Assembly (NCBI GenBank): GCA_030390025.1
Contig: CM059431.1
Coordinates: 123,568,001 to 123,632,000, forward strand
DNA from: Squalus acanthias
Lineage: Eukaryota
Reading direction: 5' to 3'
DNA: 64,000 nucleotides
Shown here: positions 1-13,315 of the stretch, in pieces
Numbering within the stretch: the first letter of the stretch is position 1
How the letters are laid out: every line of letters starts with the position of its first letter
The notes under the pieces: model-generated
The model's input: the letters and a program-made list of their open reading frames with translations, nothing else
What the model was told of the DNA's origin: nothing
Database searches by the model: none
Program-made: the position numbers and the translations under genes

Positions 1-1033
1 GGTTTGGTGCATGGGGAATAAAGAGTATGGATTGTTTGGGCTTTAGCAAAGAAAAGATTGGCTCACTTGCCTGCGCTCTCCTTCTGTTCACAGTGGCATC
101 CTATGCAAATGAGCTATTGAGGAGACATTCATCAGAATTCATCAGCTATTAACTGTTGCCCAACTTTGATAATAATATGAAGGGTCAGTAGCCTACCTTT
201 AATTCACAGACTCTTATTAAATCAATCTGGCAAGAGTACACTCTTAACCATCTGTGAGATATAACTGTTGTGACAGTTGCTCCTTCACACAGCTATATAC
301 CCCGCAAAGTAAATTTACTATATAACAAGTGCATAAAACATTTATAAATTCACCTTTAAAATTGGTTCCAGCCTTTCCTCCCCTCCATTCACAAGTATTA
401 CAGTGTACATTGCTGGGTCTCTGGCAATTCAGGGCCTCTTGATACACTGCCCCACTCCCCCCACCTCCCCCCTCCACAACGACCCCCCCAGCCTCACCAA
501 CAAGCATCTCGGCAAAACTTGTATTACATTTTCTGTTAGCAAACCCAGGACGACAATATCCAGGAGCATGATAGCATCCTTTAGCTGAATTGAACCCAGA
601 TAAAGGGAGGGGGTGGTGGGGGTACTGTTAGAGAGAGATAGAGAAAGATCCTCTTATGGGAACGGGAACATGGTGGTTATGTTACTGGACTAGTAATCCA
701 GAGGCCTGGACTAATGATCCAGAGACGTGAGTTAAAATCCCACCACGGCAGCTGGGGAATTTAGGCCGCGATTTTATCAATGGAGGCGGGTTGGGTGCGG
801 GTTTGAGGTTCGGCGGGTTCCGGTCCCGCCTCCGCTTTCAGCCATTCAGAAAAAGTGATTTTGCCTTAAGTGGCCTACTTAATGTGTCCGTGCGCGCTAC
901 CCGGCCCAATTAGTGGGTTCGGGTCTGCTGCTCGCCTCTGCTGATGTCTGTCAGCCAGCTGTATTTAAGGGGCCCATGCAGCCTTGTTTCAAATCCTTCC
1001 TTTCCTGCTGCTTCTAATTTTGCAATTGTTGCC

Positions 1034-2937
1034 ATGACTGCTGCAAGAGCCAAGGCCTCTCCCCGCTTTGATGATGACTCCCTCCATGCTCTTGTGGATG
1101 GAGTGAGAGGGCGCCAGGAGGTACTCTTCCCCTCATCCGGACGGAGGAAGCCTCCTCAGTAAAGCAAAGCAGCCTGGCTGCAAATTGCTCAGGAGGTGAG
1201 CTCCAGGTCTTTGTGTGGTTGCACCTGGGTTCAGTGCAGGAAAAGGTTCAATGACCTGCTACGCACAGCAAAAGTGAGTATAACATCACACTTACCTTCA
1301 ATTTGCTCCCTATCTCCTCTTATCACCAGCACTCTGCATTGTCAACCTACTCCTGCACATCCCACTTTACCCTTACATCTCTTGCACCCTTAACCATCCC
1401 TCTCTCTCTATGTACAGAATCACTTCACTATTCTACTATGCACCCCTCACACTCGCTATCACTGTTATGCAATGACAACAACTAACAACGCACAGGGAGG
1501 GCCCTTGGTATTGGCACCTCACTCCATCTTTGTCTCCCTCTAAGCATCTATGCTATGGATTCTCTACACTCACTCCAACATTCTCACTCCAACTCCACTT
1601 GTGTCCCTCATTGCAGGAAAAGAGATCCCACAATAAGAGGGAGAGCGCCAGGACAGGAGGAGGACCACCTTCCATTGGCCAGCTGACCACCACTGAGGAG
1701 GCTGATCTGGACATCATCGGAGGTGCTGAGGATCTGGAAGTGGGGGACGGTCAGACGGGCACAGTAGAACAAGCTGGTGACAGAATTGATTTGCAACCCT
1801 CTCATTTACATCGCATGAGTGACTGATATGGCATCTGATACTCATACAGATTGAGTTATGATCATCTGCACAATTCGATGTGCATGATACATTAATATCA
1901 CATGTCTAACTCATGCCTTTACTCCCCCACAGGACCATCGAGAGCCCCACTCCCCACTGTCCAGGAGGAAGAGCCGGAAGACTCCTCAGAGGAAGATGCA
2001 ACCTCTGAGGGTGCAGCGTCAGCAGAATTAAGCGCACCCAGCACCAGCGCAGAGACGCACACCTCGGTGGGTCATTCCGCGATACAGTCGCGTTGTCACC
2101 TGGTGTATCACAGTGCACAAGTGAGCATCAGCAGGTGGTGGAGACAGGGACAGCAGTTGAGAGTCCTCGTCAGTGGCTGCAGGGCGCTCCCAGCTCTGCT
2201 CAGCTGCATGTGGACCCTGTGCCTCTGGGGCCATCCAGAAAGAGAGCGGTCCTGGAACTCCAGGAACAAGTGTAGGAATCTCTAGCAGGTTTTGCATCCA
2301 GGGTAAATGCGAGTGTGGAGAGGGTGGAGGAGTCCATCTCTAACATGAGCACTGCCTTTGTGGAGGCAATGGTGCATGAATGCACCACCATGGATAGGAT
2401 GGCAACCTCCGTGGAAAGGATGGCTACGGTCATGGAAGAAATAAGTCGCCAGAGTCAGGAAAACATGTTCAGGAGGAGCAATGGGCAGCTATTGAGCAGA
2501 GAGACCAGAGCTTCATGGATGTCCTTTTGAGGAGGACTGCCAGTGCAGATACGGGTCTTCCTGGCCCCACTGATGTGCAGCAAGGTGCTGTCCAGCCACT
2601 TGCTAGCACTGAAGTGCGGCTGACCCATGAGAGGGATGTTGGTGGCAGGCAACAAGGAAGTGTGGGCTCCTCTCCAAGCGCTCACACAACCATGCCACTG
2701 CGCAGCCCTTGGTCAGAGCCCCACCAAAGTCCTCACCCGACTGAGATGGCCGTCTCAGCCCCTGCAGAGCCGCAGGAGGAGCAGACTGTTGCCGAGCCCT
2801 CCCAGGCTCCAAAACCCAGAGGATGCCCACCAAAGGTGTCGAAGCAGGAGCAGCATGAAAGTAATCAAGGTGCCTCCACATCTGCTGAAGCCACAGGGGA
2901 AGCACCACGTAGAAGCACATGTAAGAGAAAGATGTAG
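1034..2937 (+). pseudogene. Harbinger Myb/SANT-like DNA-binding protein, 3 exons (1034-1273, 1617-1776, 1933-~2937)
   Basis: PRFDDDSLHALVDGV..W..IAQEV..TWVQCRKRFNDL, followed by KRSHNKRESARTGGGPP. GT-AG introns. In-frame stop at 1160 and later frameshifts. Confidence 0.85.
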
Positions 2938-3208
2938 CACCTATAGTCACAAGGGTAATCACTTGGGTGTTTTGATGTAATTCATGTTTAATATAATCAT
3001 CGCCATTTCAATTTCAATAAATAAATGCGATTTCAAACATTCAAAGTATTGGCCTATGTGTGCCCAGAAATGGAAGTGTCACAGTGAGGTGCCAGGGCGC
3101 CTTTTATCTGTAATGAAGGTGGTGAGAGTGATAGGACCCCATAGTTTATTGTACAGATGGTGTATGGTGTGTTAAGAAGGTGGCAGCCACATGTGTTTGC
3201 TTCGTCAA

Positions 3209-4429
3209 CTTAATGAATCTGGCATAGATTAATGCATCCCTTGCATCACAGTCAGCAATGTGCTCGCGTGCTGGTGGAACTGGTGAATCTGCCTCTGCAA
3301 GGTCCTCCTCTTCCTCCTCCTCATCCTCTTAGGAGGCTGTGTGCTGAGCCACTTGTTCCTCAGGCAGCGGTAAGCCACGCTGCTGTGCGTTGTTGTGCAG
3401 TGCACAGCAGACCATGATGATTCTGGAGACCCTGGCTGGTGAGTACTGTAGGGCTCCACCTGATCTGTTGAGGCATCTGAATCACATTTTCAGCAAGCCG
3501 ATGGTTTGCTCAATGATGTCTCTCTGGTGGAAATGTGGCTGGCATTGTAGCACTCTCGGCTTCGTTTGATGGCCCCCTTAATGGCGTCATTAGCCACGTC
3601 TTCAGGGGATAGCCCTTGTCTCCAAGTAGCCATCCGGAAAGTTGGGTTGGCGGATTGAAGAGCTGAGGCACAGTAGACTGCTGCAGGATGAAGGAGTCAT
3701 GGCAACTGCCAGGGTACTTTGCGCAAACATGCATGATGTTCTTCCTGTGGTTACACATCAGCTGGATGTTAAGGGAGTGGAAGCCCTTGCAGTTGACAAA
3801 TCCAGCTGGGTTGTGATGGGGTGCCCTGATGGTCACATGTGTGCAGTCTACGATGCCCTGCACCCTTGGCAAGCCTGCCATCTTTGCAAAGCCAACCGCA
3901 AATGTGGTTACACTTGCTTCATCTGTGGAGAAGTGGATGTAATTGTGCGCCTTTGCAAAGAGGCCATCAGTTACCTGCGGGATGCAAGTGTGTGTGGCTG
4001 ACTGGGAGATTCCGCTGATGTCTGCTGATGATCCCTGGAAGGACCCTCAAGCAAAAATATTAGGGCGGTGGTGACTTTGACAGCCATTGGTAAGGGGTGT
4101 CCACCCGCTCTTCTGGGCTCTAGGTGTTGCTGCAGCATTGTGCAGATGTCAGCGACTACCTCTCGTGAAAGTCTCAGCCTTCTTTGACACTGCTGCTCAC
4201 TCATGTTGAGGAAGCTCATCCTCTGTCTGTAAACCCTGTGTTGGGGGTATCTCCTGCGGTGAGGTGCAGCCCTGTGCTGACGCCCTCTGCCCTGTGCAGC
4301 ATCAGGTGGGTGAGGAGGAGGTTGGCGCTCCTGTTGTTGCTGCTGCTGTTGTGCCTGGTCCTGCTGCTGCCGCGGCTGCACTTCCTCCGAATCTGAGGAC
4401 CAGGATGAGAGGGTATAAATGGTTCCCAT
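3209..4429 (-). pseudogene. Harbinger (HARBI1-like) DDE transposase
   Basis: [43 protein letters not shown] and [14 protein letters not shown]. Frameshifted. Confidence 0.92.
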
Positions 4430-5309
4430 TCCGCTGGTATATATGTCAGTTGAAGACTAGAAGTTATAAGCGCTCAGTCAATGTGGCCAGAGGGTTTTCC
4501 AAGGAGGTTACAGAGCATATCGATCTCAGCTTCAGCACTTACAAGCTCAGTAGACCTGCAAAAAGTGTTCCAACACCTGAAAAAACAAAGTTGTGTCATC
4601 TGTAAGTCAGCCATGTTGGAGCTCCATTTTTATGCCGGAGCTGCAGCTCTCAAGAAGTCAGGCACTTGCTGAACCCGACACAATCAGCTGGCGTGGTTTG
4701 AGAAAGGCGTGGAACATGCTGAAAATGTAATAAGATTGAAATACCCTGTTAAAATCGGCTTATCCAGGCAGTTAACAAGCTGTTAACTGCCTTAAGTGTC
4801 TCTCCCGCCGCTTGGTGGCGGGACCGATCGGAACGCCCAGTGCCGGCACTTGGCAAAGTAGCGTGGAGGTGGGTTGACGGCGGGATCATAACTCGCTGTC
4901 AATCAAAAAGATTTTAACCTCTGACCCACCTCCAAACCCGCCCTCTGAGCGCCGACAAAATCGGGGCCTTAAATTCAGTTAATTAAATAAATCTGGAGTA
5001 AAAGGCTAGTATCAGTAATGGTGACCATGAAACTATCGGATTGTCGTTAAAAACCCATCTGGTTCACTAATGTCCTTTAGGGAAGGAAATCAGCCGTCCT
5101 TACCTGGTCTGACCTATATGTGACTCCAGACCCACAGTAATGTGGTTGACTCTTAACTGCCCTCTGAAATAGCCTAGCAAGCCACTCAGATGTAACAAAC
5201 CACTACAAGAAACAATAATAAGAATAAAACCAGACAGACCACCTGGCATCGACCTCAGCACTGGCTACGGACATGACAACAGAACATTCAGCCCAGTCGA
5301 CCCTGCAAA

Positions 5310-8300
5310 GTCCTCCTCACCAACATCTGGGGACTTGTACCAAAATTGGGGGAGCTGTCCAACAGACTAGTCAAGCAACAGCCTGACAGAGTAATACTCA
5401 GAATTATACATTTCAGCCAATGTCCCAAACTCTTCCATCGGCAGGACAGACCCACCAGGGGTGGCGGCACAGTGGTATACAGTCGGCAAGGAGTGACCCT
5501 GGGAGTCCTCAACATTGACTGAGGACTCCATGAAGTCTCATGGCTTCAGGTCAAGCATGGACAAGGAAACCTCCTGCTGATTACCACCAACCGCCCTCCC
5601 TCAGCTGATGAATCAGTGCTCCTCCATGTTGAACACCACTTGGAAGAAGCACTGAGAGTAGCAAGGGCACAGAATGTACTCTGGGTGGGGGACTTCAATG
5701 TCCATCACCAATAGTGGCTCGGTAGCACCACTACTGACCAAGCTGGCCGAGTCTGGAAGGAAAAGCTGCCAGTCTGGGCCTGCAACAGGTGGTGAGAGAA
5801 CCAACACGAGGGAAATACCTACTTGACCTCGTCCTCACCAATCTAGCTGTCGCAGATGCATCTGTCCATGACATTATTGGTAGCAGTGACCACCGCATAG
5901 TCATTGTGGAGACGAAGTCCCGTCTTCACACTGAGGACACCCTCCATCGTCTTGTGTGGCACTACCACCGTGCTAAATGGCATAGATTCAGAACAGATCT
6001 AGCAGCTCAATACTGGGCATCCATGAGGCGCTGTGGGCCATCAGCATCAGCAGAATTGTATTCCACTGCAATCTGTAACATCATGGCCCAGCATATCCTT
6101 CACTCTACCATTACCATCAAGCCAGGGGACCAACCCTGGTTCAACAACGAGTGTAGAAGAGCATGCCAGGAGCAGCACCAGGCGTACCTAAAAATGCAGT
6201 GCCAACCTGGGGAAGCTGCACCACAGGACTACATGCATGCTAAAAAGCGGAAGCAGCATGCTATAGACAGGGCTAAGCGATCTCACAATCAACGGATCAG
6301 ATCAAGCTCTGCAGTCCTGCCAGATCTAGTCGTGAATGGTGGTGGACTATTGAACAACTAACGGGAGGAGGAGGCTCCATGAATATCCCCATCTTCAATG
6401 ATGGTGGAGTCCAGCACGTGAGTGCAAAAGACAAAGCTGAAGCATTTGCAACCATCTTCAGCCGGAAGTGCCAATTGGATGATCCATATCGGTCTCCTTC
6501 TGAGGTCCCCACCATCACAGAAGCCAGTCTTCAGCCAATTCTATTCACTCCACGTGATATCAAGAAACGGCTGAGTGGAGTGGATACAGCAAAGGCTATG
6601 GGCCCCGAAAACATCCTGGCTATCGAGCTGAAGACTTGTGCTCCAGAACTAGTCGCGCCTCTAGCCAAGCTGTTCCAGTACAGCTACAACACTGGCATCC
6701 ATCCATCAATATGGAAAACTGCCCAAGTATGTCCTGTCCACAAAAAGCAGGACAAATCCAATCCGGCCAATTACCACCCCGTCTACTCTCAGTTATCAGC
6801 AAAGTGATGGAAGGTGTCGTCGACAGTGCTATCAAGTGGCACTTACTCACTAATAACCTGCTCACTGATGCCCAGTTTGGGTTCCGCCAGGACCACTCCG
6901 CTCCAGACCTCAATGCAGCCTTGGTCCAAACATGGAAAAAGGAACTGAATTCCAGAGGTGAGGTGAGAGTGACTGCCCTTGACATTTATGCAGCATTTGA
7001 CCGAGTGTGGCATCTAGGAGCCCTAGTAAACCTGAAGTCAATGGGAATCAGAGGGAAAACTCTCCACTGGCTGGAGTCATACCTAGCACAAAGATGATGG
7101 CTGTGGTGATTGGTGGTCAATCATCAGAGCCCCAGGACATCGCTGCAGGCATTGCTCATGGCAGTGTCCTAGGCCCAACCATCTTCAGCTGCTTCATCAA
7201 TGACCTTCCCTCAAACATAAGTTCAAAAATGGGGATGCGTGCTGATGACTGCACGGTGTTCAGTGCCAGTCGCAACTCCTCAGATAATGAAGCAATCCAT
7301 GCCCGCATGCAACAAGCCCTGGACGACATTCAAGCTTGAGCTGATAAGTGGCAGGTAACATTCACACCACACAAGTGCCAGGAAATGACTATCTCCAACA
7401 AGCGAGAGTCTAACCACCACCCCTTGATATTCAATAGCATTACCATTGCTGACTCCTCCATCATCAACATCCTGGGGGTTACCATTGACCAGAAACTTAA
7501 CTGGACCAGCCACATAAATACTGTGGCAATAAGAGCAGGTCAGAGGCTGGGTATTCTGCTGTGATTGCCTCACCTCCTGACTCCCCAAAGCCTTTCCACC
7601 ATCTACAAGGCACAAGTAAGGAGTGTGATGGAATACTCTCCACTTGCCTGGATGAGTGCAGCTCCAACAACACTCAAGAAGCTCGACACCATCCAGTACA
7701 AAGCAGCCCACTTGATTGGCACCCCATCCACCACCTTAAACATTCACTCCCTCCACCACCGGCGTACCGTGGATGCAGTGTGTACCATCTACAAGATGCA
7801 CTGCAGCAACTCGCCTAGGCTTCTTCGGCAGCACCTCCCAAACCCGCAACCTCTATCACTGTAACATTCTGAAAAGTGTAATAAAACCGCTGCTACCATG
7901 TGGAGATCGAAATTTCAAATGAATTTTAAGATGATAACGGATGGATTCAAAATGTAGGAAATCAGCATGTGTTCTTTGTTTGTGAAGACACAAAATGGCA
8001 GAAGTCAGCAGGGGTTCCTTTGCCTGGTGGTCAGTATGTGTTCTTTGTTTGAAAGGCCACATGGACAGGAAGGAAGAATATGATTGACAAGGAAGTACCG
8101 CCCCCACACATCTCACAGGAACAGGAACGTGTCATGCGGAGGGAACTCCAATCAGGGAAGGTTTGGAGTGAAACTGACCTATCAGAGGAAGGCAGAGAGT
8201 AATTTACGATAGAAGAGGCCTCATAACAGAAATAACCCAGGGGCGGGAGTTTTCAAGATCACAGAAGGAACACAGAAGACAGAGCAGAAGGAAGAATGAA

Positions 8301-8880
8301 ATGAGAAAGCTGGTCAGCCTATGTTTCGACTTACAATTTTCCTGGACCAATCACCCAGAGATAAAGGAGTACGTATGAAAGTCAGACATAAGCTTAGATG
8401 TTGTTAAAGAGGTACTTTTATGTACGTTTGAATTATTAAGGGGGTACTTTTATGTATGTTTGAATTAATAAGTTGCAGGCATATTTATTGCAGAGAATTC
8501 TTTGAATCTATTGCCAAAGGTACTTCTATTCTATGCACCCTCGAATTTTGAACAGTAGTGTGAATAAAGACCAATTTTATTGATCCCCTCCTTGTCTGTC
8601 ATTGTTAAGCTAATTCGTAATTCTCGAGGTCTGAACAAAGTAAGAGAAAGACTTACACCACCTAGAAGGACAAGGGCAGCAGGCGCATGGAAACACCACC
8701 ACCTCCAAGTTCCCCTCCAATCACACAGCATCCTGACTTGGAAGTATATCGCCATTCCTTCATCGTCGCTGGGTCAAAATCCTGGAACTCCCTCCCTAAT
8801 AGCACTGTGGGAGTACCTTCACCACATGGACTGCAGCGGTTCAAGAAGGCGGCACACCACCACCTTCTTGAGGGCAATTA
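5310..8880 (+). pseudogene. Degraded endonuclease/reverse transcriptase ORF of the LINE
   Basis: ORF fragments 5789-6361, 6379-6807, 6636-7097, 7007-7339, 7565-7864 and 8687-8881 (KSWNSLP) link by frameshifts into one EN-RT polyprotein. Confidence 0.85.
7860..8657 (+). mobile_element. Solo LTR, about 0.8 kb (family LTR-b)
   Basis: TGTAAC...TTACA termini, AATAAA at ~8563, flanks TCAC/CCAC (4-bp TSD with one mismatch). It splits the LINE 3' end. Confidence 0.8.
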
Positions 8881-9573
8881 GGGATGGGCAATAAATGCTG
8901 GCCTTGCCAGCGACGACCAGATCCCATGAACAAAAAAAAAAAGAACATAGAAAGTGGCAGAACGGGAGATGCAGAGTTGCTCTGCCAGAATAGGAGGAAG
9001 AAATGAAAACAGCTTTAAGTGTGGGTGAGAAGAGAGAGGGACACGTAACCATTGATGAGAGTGGAAGAAAACTCCCAGGAAAGAGAGACACTGATGAGGT
9101 GGAGAGCAGTGAAAGAAATCATTGATTTGGTGGGAGTGCAGGAAGACAGAAGGGGAAAAAAAACCTTTTGGGGGCGTTTCATCTCTAGCTCTGATGGGAG
9201 AAGGAGGGACGGTTGCTTTGAGAGCTCAACTTAGTTATAAAATAATGCATTCTCACACTTACCATTAGCAACTGGCCTTGATACTTACAAAAAATGTATT
9301 TTCTTGTTTTAACTTGCTTTAAGTTAATTGGTCAAATTACAAATGTCAAATTACAAGCAACATAGACAGTAAATTAGGACTCCAACCACTCATTAGTCTT
9401 TCAGATGCACAGTACATCAAATTAAAAATAAGTTGGCATCCAGCTGCCCTGTGTATCATTGTACTTTTGTTCATATTTTCATGGTAATGTAAGTGTGTTT
9501 CAATACAGTTCAAAAGCAGCATCTGTACAGACAAATAACATAAACATACATTTGCATAATGTTGGTGTAACTT

Positions 9574-10385
9574 CATAGAATCATAGAAATTTACAGCACA
9601 GAAGGAGGCCATTCGGCCCATCTTGTCCGTGCTGACCGACATAGAGCTATCCACCCGAATCCCACTTTCCTGCACTTGGTCCGTAGCCTTGTAGGTTACG
9701 GCACTTCAAGTGCATAGCCAAGCACTTTTTAAATGTGTTGAGGGTTTCTGCTTCTATCACCCTTTCAGGCAGTGAGTTCCAGACCCACACCACCCTCTGG
9801 GTGAAAAAATTTCTCCTCAAATCCCCTCTAACCCTCCTACCAATTACTTTAAATCTATGCCCCCTGGTTATCGACCCCTCTGCTAAGGGAAATAGGTCCT
9901 TCCTATCCACTCTATCTAGGCCCCTCATAATTTTATACACCTCAATTAGGTCTCCCCTCAGCCTCCTCTGTTCCAAAGAAAACAACCCCAGCCTATCCAA
10001 TCTCTCCTCATAGCTAAAATTCCCCAGCCCAGGCAACATCCTCGTAAATGTCCTCTGCACCCACTCTAGTGCAATCACACTCTTCCTGTAATGTGGGGAC
10101 CAGAACTGCACACAGTAATCTAGCTGCGGCCTAACTAGTGTTTTATACAGTTCAAGCATAACCTCCCTGCTCTTATATTCTATGCCTCAGCTAATAAAGG
10201 AAAGTATTCTGTATGCCGTCTTAACTACCTTATCTACCTGTCCTGCTACCTTCAGGGATCTGTGGACATGCACTCCAAGGTCCCGCTGATTCTCTGCACT
10301 TCTCAGTGTCCTACCATGTATTGCCTTGCCTTGTTAGCCCTCCCCAAATGCATTACCTCACACTTCTCTGGATTGAATTCCAACT
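9574..10385 (-). mobile_element. 5'-truncated CR1 LINE
   Basis: ORF 9647-10159 (LYKTLVRPQLDYCVQFWSP...RRLRGDLIEVYKI...WNSLP). CATAGAAT-type tail at ~9574. Confidence 0.9.
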
Positions 10386-10387
10386 TG

Positions 10388-10850
10388 TTGAAAGAGAAAA
10401 GAAAGACTTGCTTTATATAGTGCCTCATCTCTGAATTATCTCAAAGTACTTTGTAGAAATGAATTATTTTGAATCACAGTGACTGTTGTTACATAGGCAA
10501 ACACAGAAGCCATTTTATGCATAGCAAGATCCCACAAACAACAACAACATGAATCTTTTGTGGTAGCATTGATTCAGACAGGAATGTTGGTCAGAACATC
10601 AGAAGAGACTGTCTACTCATCAACACTTGATGCTCTTTCTCACCATGGGATCTTTAACATCCACCTAAACATTAGGCCTAGGTTTAATATCTGATCTGCA
10701 GCATAGCACTTCCGACAATGCAGTACTTCCTCGGTCTTGCACTGTAGTGTATGCTAAATTACATAATCAATTCTTGATGGGTTAAGTCCTGGAATGGGGC
10801 TTGAACACACAACCTTCCAACATACAGGTCAGAGTGAAACAAATTGATTT
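10388..10850 (-). mobile_element. Deu-domain tRNA SINE, degraded
   Basis: Similar to the better preserved copy at 24958-25746, including CATGGGATCTTT..CCACC and the AAGACTTGC tail. Confidence 0.7.
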
Positions 10851-11024
10851 AGTTACTAATTCCAATACTAATTGTCCCTAAAACATAAAAAGTTCATTTG
10901 TCTCTTATTTGAAAAATATGTGGGTTAAGATGCTTTTTTTCATATGTAGCTAAGATCCACATGTCGACAAAACATGACTTGATTAATTATCTGTTTATTT
11001 AAAACTTAAGTAGTAAGACCTCTG

Positions 11025-13315
11025 GGCCTAGAAATACAAGATCGCGAAAACCTGCCGGTGCCACCACGGGCCGGAGTTAATGGCCGCTGAAATTGGTGAC
11101 GCTGGCAAGACCAGTAAATTTGCGCTGGTTGCTAATTAACATTAGCCCAGCACTAAACTTACTGTGCAAGGCCGTTTTCATGGCGTCAGTCTGGGCAGGA
11201 GACCCAATGTAACGTGGCGGTAGCGTCATTGCAGCGAGAACAACCTTCTCTTAAAGCAAGGCTGTCATGTTAGACAGCAGTTCAGTCCTTTAAAGGGGAA
11301 CTGCCTTCTAAAATGAAAAATTAAAAATCATTTAAAAATAGGCAGTTTTTAGCCCTCACAGCTCAACTGACTTCTGAAAAATAAACCAACATTAATAAGA
11401 AGTCCCAAATGAGAGTCTTCAGCTCTTAAAGCTGAATTGCCTTCCGCACCTAAAAACATGCTAAAAGTGCTTCAGCACTAACACAAATGGCTCAGCAAGC
11501 CAGGGAAGGGGCACCCAGGGTCTTGCACATAGCACTCCAGCTTTGTGCAGGGGGTCAACACTATAAGAGAGGTTTTCTATGCACAGGGACCAGAGGTCCT
11601 CCAGAAAGAATGATGTGGGACCAGATCACCGAGATCATCACTGCCAACAGTGTCACCCCCACGACCTGGCTTCAGTGCCCAAAGAAGCTTCATGACCTCA
11701 GACCAGTGGTCAAGGTCAGTGAATGCATCTTTAAAAGCCGTCTCCTAGCAACTGCACCACTAGCCTCACACACTTCTCAATGCATGAGTCCCACCCCCCC
11801 ATCACTCACCTACCAACAATCAGTACCAACTCGAGGCACACTTCCCATTCCTAGCTTCACCTCAACCCCTTGGAGGAGATGGTGCTGGCCATTCTTGGCA
11901 GGGGCATGGCTGAGTTCTTGGCCAGCGGCAGGGCTGGAAGGATACAAGATGCTGGTATCCTCATATGTTATCATCCTTCTGGCATACACCTCTTGCTTTC
12001 CCGCCCTCCACTAACCACAACTCCACCCTTGTGCCTTCCTCATTTCACACATTCAAGAAGTGCAGCCTGCCCAGCCAGTGGTTGACCAAGAAGATGGAGA
12101 GGAAGAAGATGGAGAGGAAGAAGAACATGGAGAGGAAGAAGAAGGAGAAGGAGAAGGAGTGGAAGAAGAAGAAAAAGAAACACCATCATTCGATTTGACA
12201 GTCCCAGCCACCAACTCCTCAAGGTCGACCAGCAAGGCTACTTGCAGTGTCCCCCACTGAAAGTCAGCAGCCTTCCACCAGCCATGCTGCAGGCACTGGG
12301 GGAGCACTGTATGACATCAGTAGGAGAGGCAAAGGCACACACAAGACAGTCACTAAGAGAATGCATAAAGGTGATTAGTTGATTTCTTGATGTCATATTG
12401 GATGGATAGACATATATAGGTTGATAGGAAAGTTTGCAAGTTTGCATTGTGGTGGCTTTTATTTCAGCATTGTGGCCAAGAGGACGCTGTGATGGTCAGT
12501 AACAGAGGGAAGGTAAGGTGTGGGGCTAATGTTGAAAGGGGAATTAGGGTTGTGGTCACTGGTACCGCAAGTGGATGATTCCATCCCGGATATCCCAGCC
12601 AGAAAGGGACTGTCTGGGTTGCCTCCTTCTTTCTGCTTCCTCCTCTTCTGCTTCCTCCTCTTCTGCTTCCTCCTCTTCTGCATCTTTCTCTTCTGCATCT
12701 TCCTCTTCTGCATCTTCCTCTTCCCTCTGCAAGCAGATACTGGAAATCTGAAATAAAGCATAAAATGCTGGAAATACTCAACAGGTCAGGCAGCATCTCG
12801 ACCTGAAACGTTGACTCTATTTCTCTCTCCACGGATGCTGCCTGACCTGCTGAGTATTTCCAGCATTTTCTGTGTTCTCAGAGGCCTTCCTTTACCATCT
12901 GAGGCCCAGCAGCACTCCCTGCACACTTAAAAATATGTAACACATATTGCACCAAGCCACTACTTCAATAAAATATTAAAAATCGAGTCCAATAGCTTAA
13001 ATGTAAACTTACCTGAAAGATGTTTGTGTCCCTTTAAGAAGTGCTGACTGCATCTCTGTCAGCCTGCTGCACGCTTGCTTTTCAGAGCGAGCAAGTTCGC
13101 AGAGTGTGACATTAAGTTGGCGTTGCACGCCGACTGACGTCACGCTCTCCATATTTGCATCTCCAGGGTCAGCGCTGCTATCGGCAGCACTAAGGCCCTC
13201 ATCAAAATGCCGGCCGCCAAGTCACGTGCCAACGAAGGGCGTTAGAGTGGCAGCCGCCATTTTTTCCAGGAATGTGGCGGTAACTCGTGGCGGAAAGTAG
13301 CCCAATTTCTGGGCC
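11025..13315 (+). mobile_element. Non-autonomous Harbinger B (Myb gene remnant, transposase deleted)
   Basis: TIRs GGCCTAGAAAT and ATTTCTGGGCC, TSD CTG. Myb remnant from 11487 (WLQCPKKLHDL). Only the acidic transposase tail remains, next to a palindromic insert at ~12738-12875. Confidence 0.85.

Larger units (their letters stand above)
764..4968. mobile_element. PIF/Harbinger DNA transposon A, full length and degraded
   Basis: TIRs GGCCGCGATTTT and AAAATCGGGGCC. TSD TTA at 761-763 and 4969-4971. Convergent Myb-like and transposase genes. Confidence 0.92.
672..8942 (+). mobile_element. Near full-length single-ORF CR1-group LINE with a tRNA-like 5' head, interrupted by a Harbinger (764-4968) and a solo LTR (7860-8657)
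   Basis: B-box-like GAGTTAAAATCCC at ~729-741. APE endonuclease remnants from ~5310 (NIWGL..KLGEL, WVGDFN, LDLVLTN, SDH). RT motifs ALDIYAAFDRVWH, GSVLGP, RADD. A-rich tail at 8932-8942. Candidate TSD GAACAT at 666-671 and 8943-8948. Confidence 0.8.

Noticed and set aside
103..110. Octamer motif ATGCAAAT
   Set aside because: A single 8-mer with no Ig V segment or snRNA nearby, expected by chance.
12090..12725. Glu/Lys/Arg-rich ORFs and (CTTCCTCCTCTTCTG)n repeats
   Set aside because: Low-complexity acidic tracts of the Harbinger genes, not independent genes or spacer arrays.
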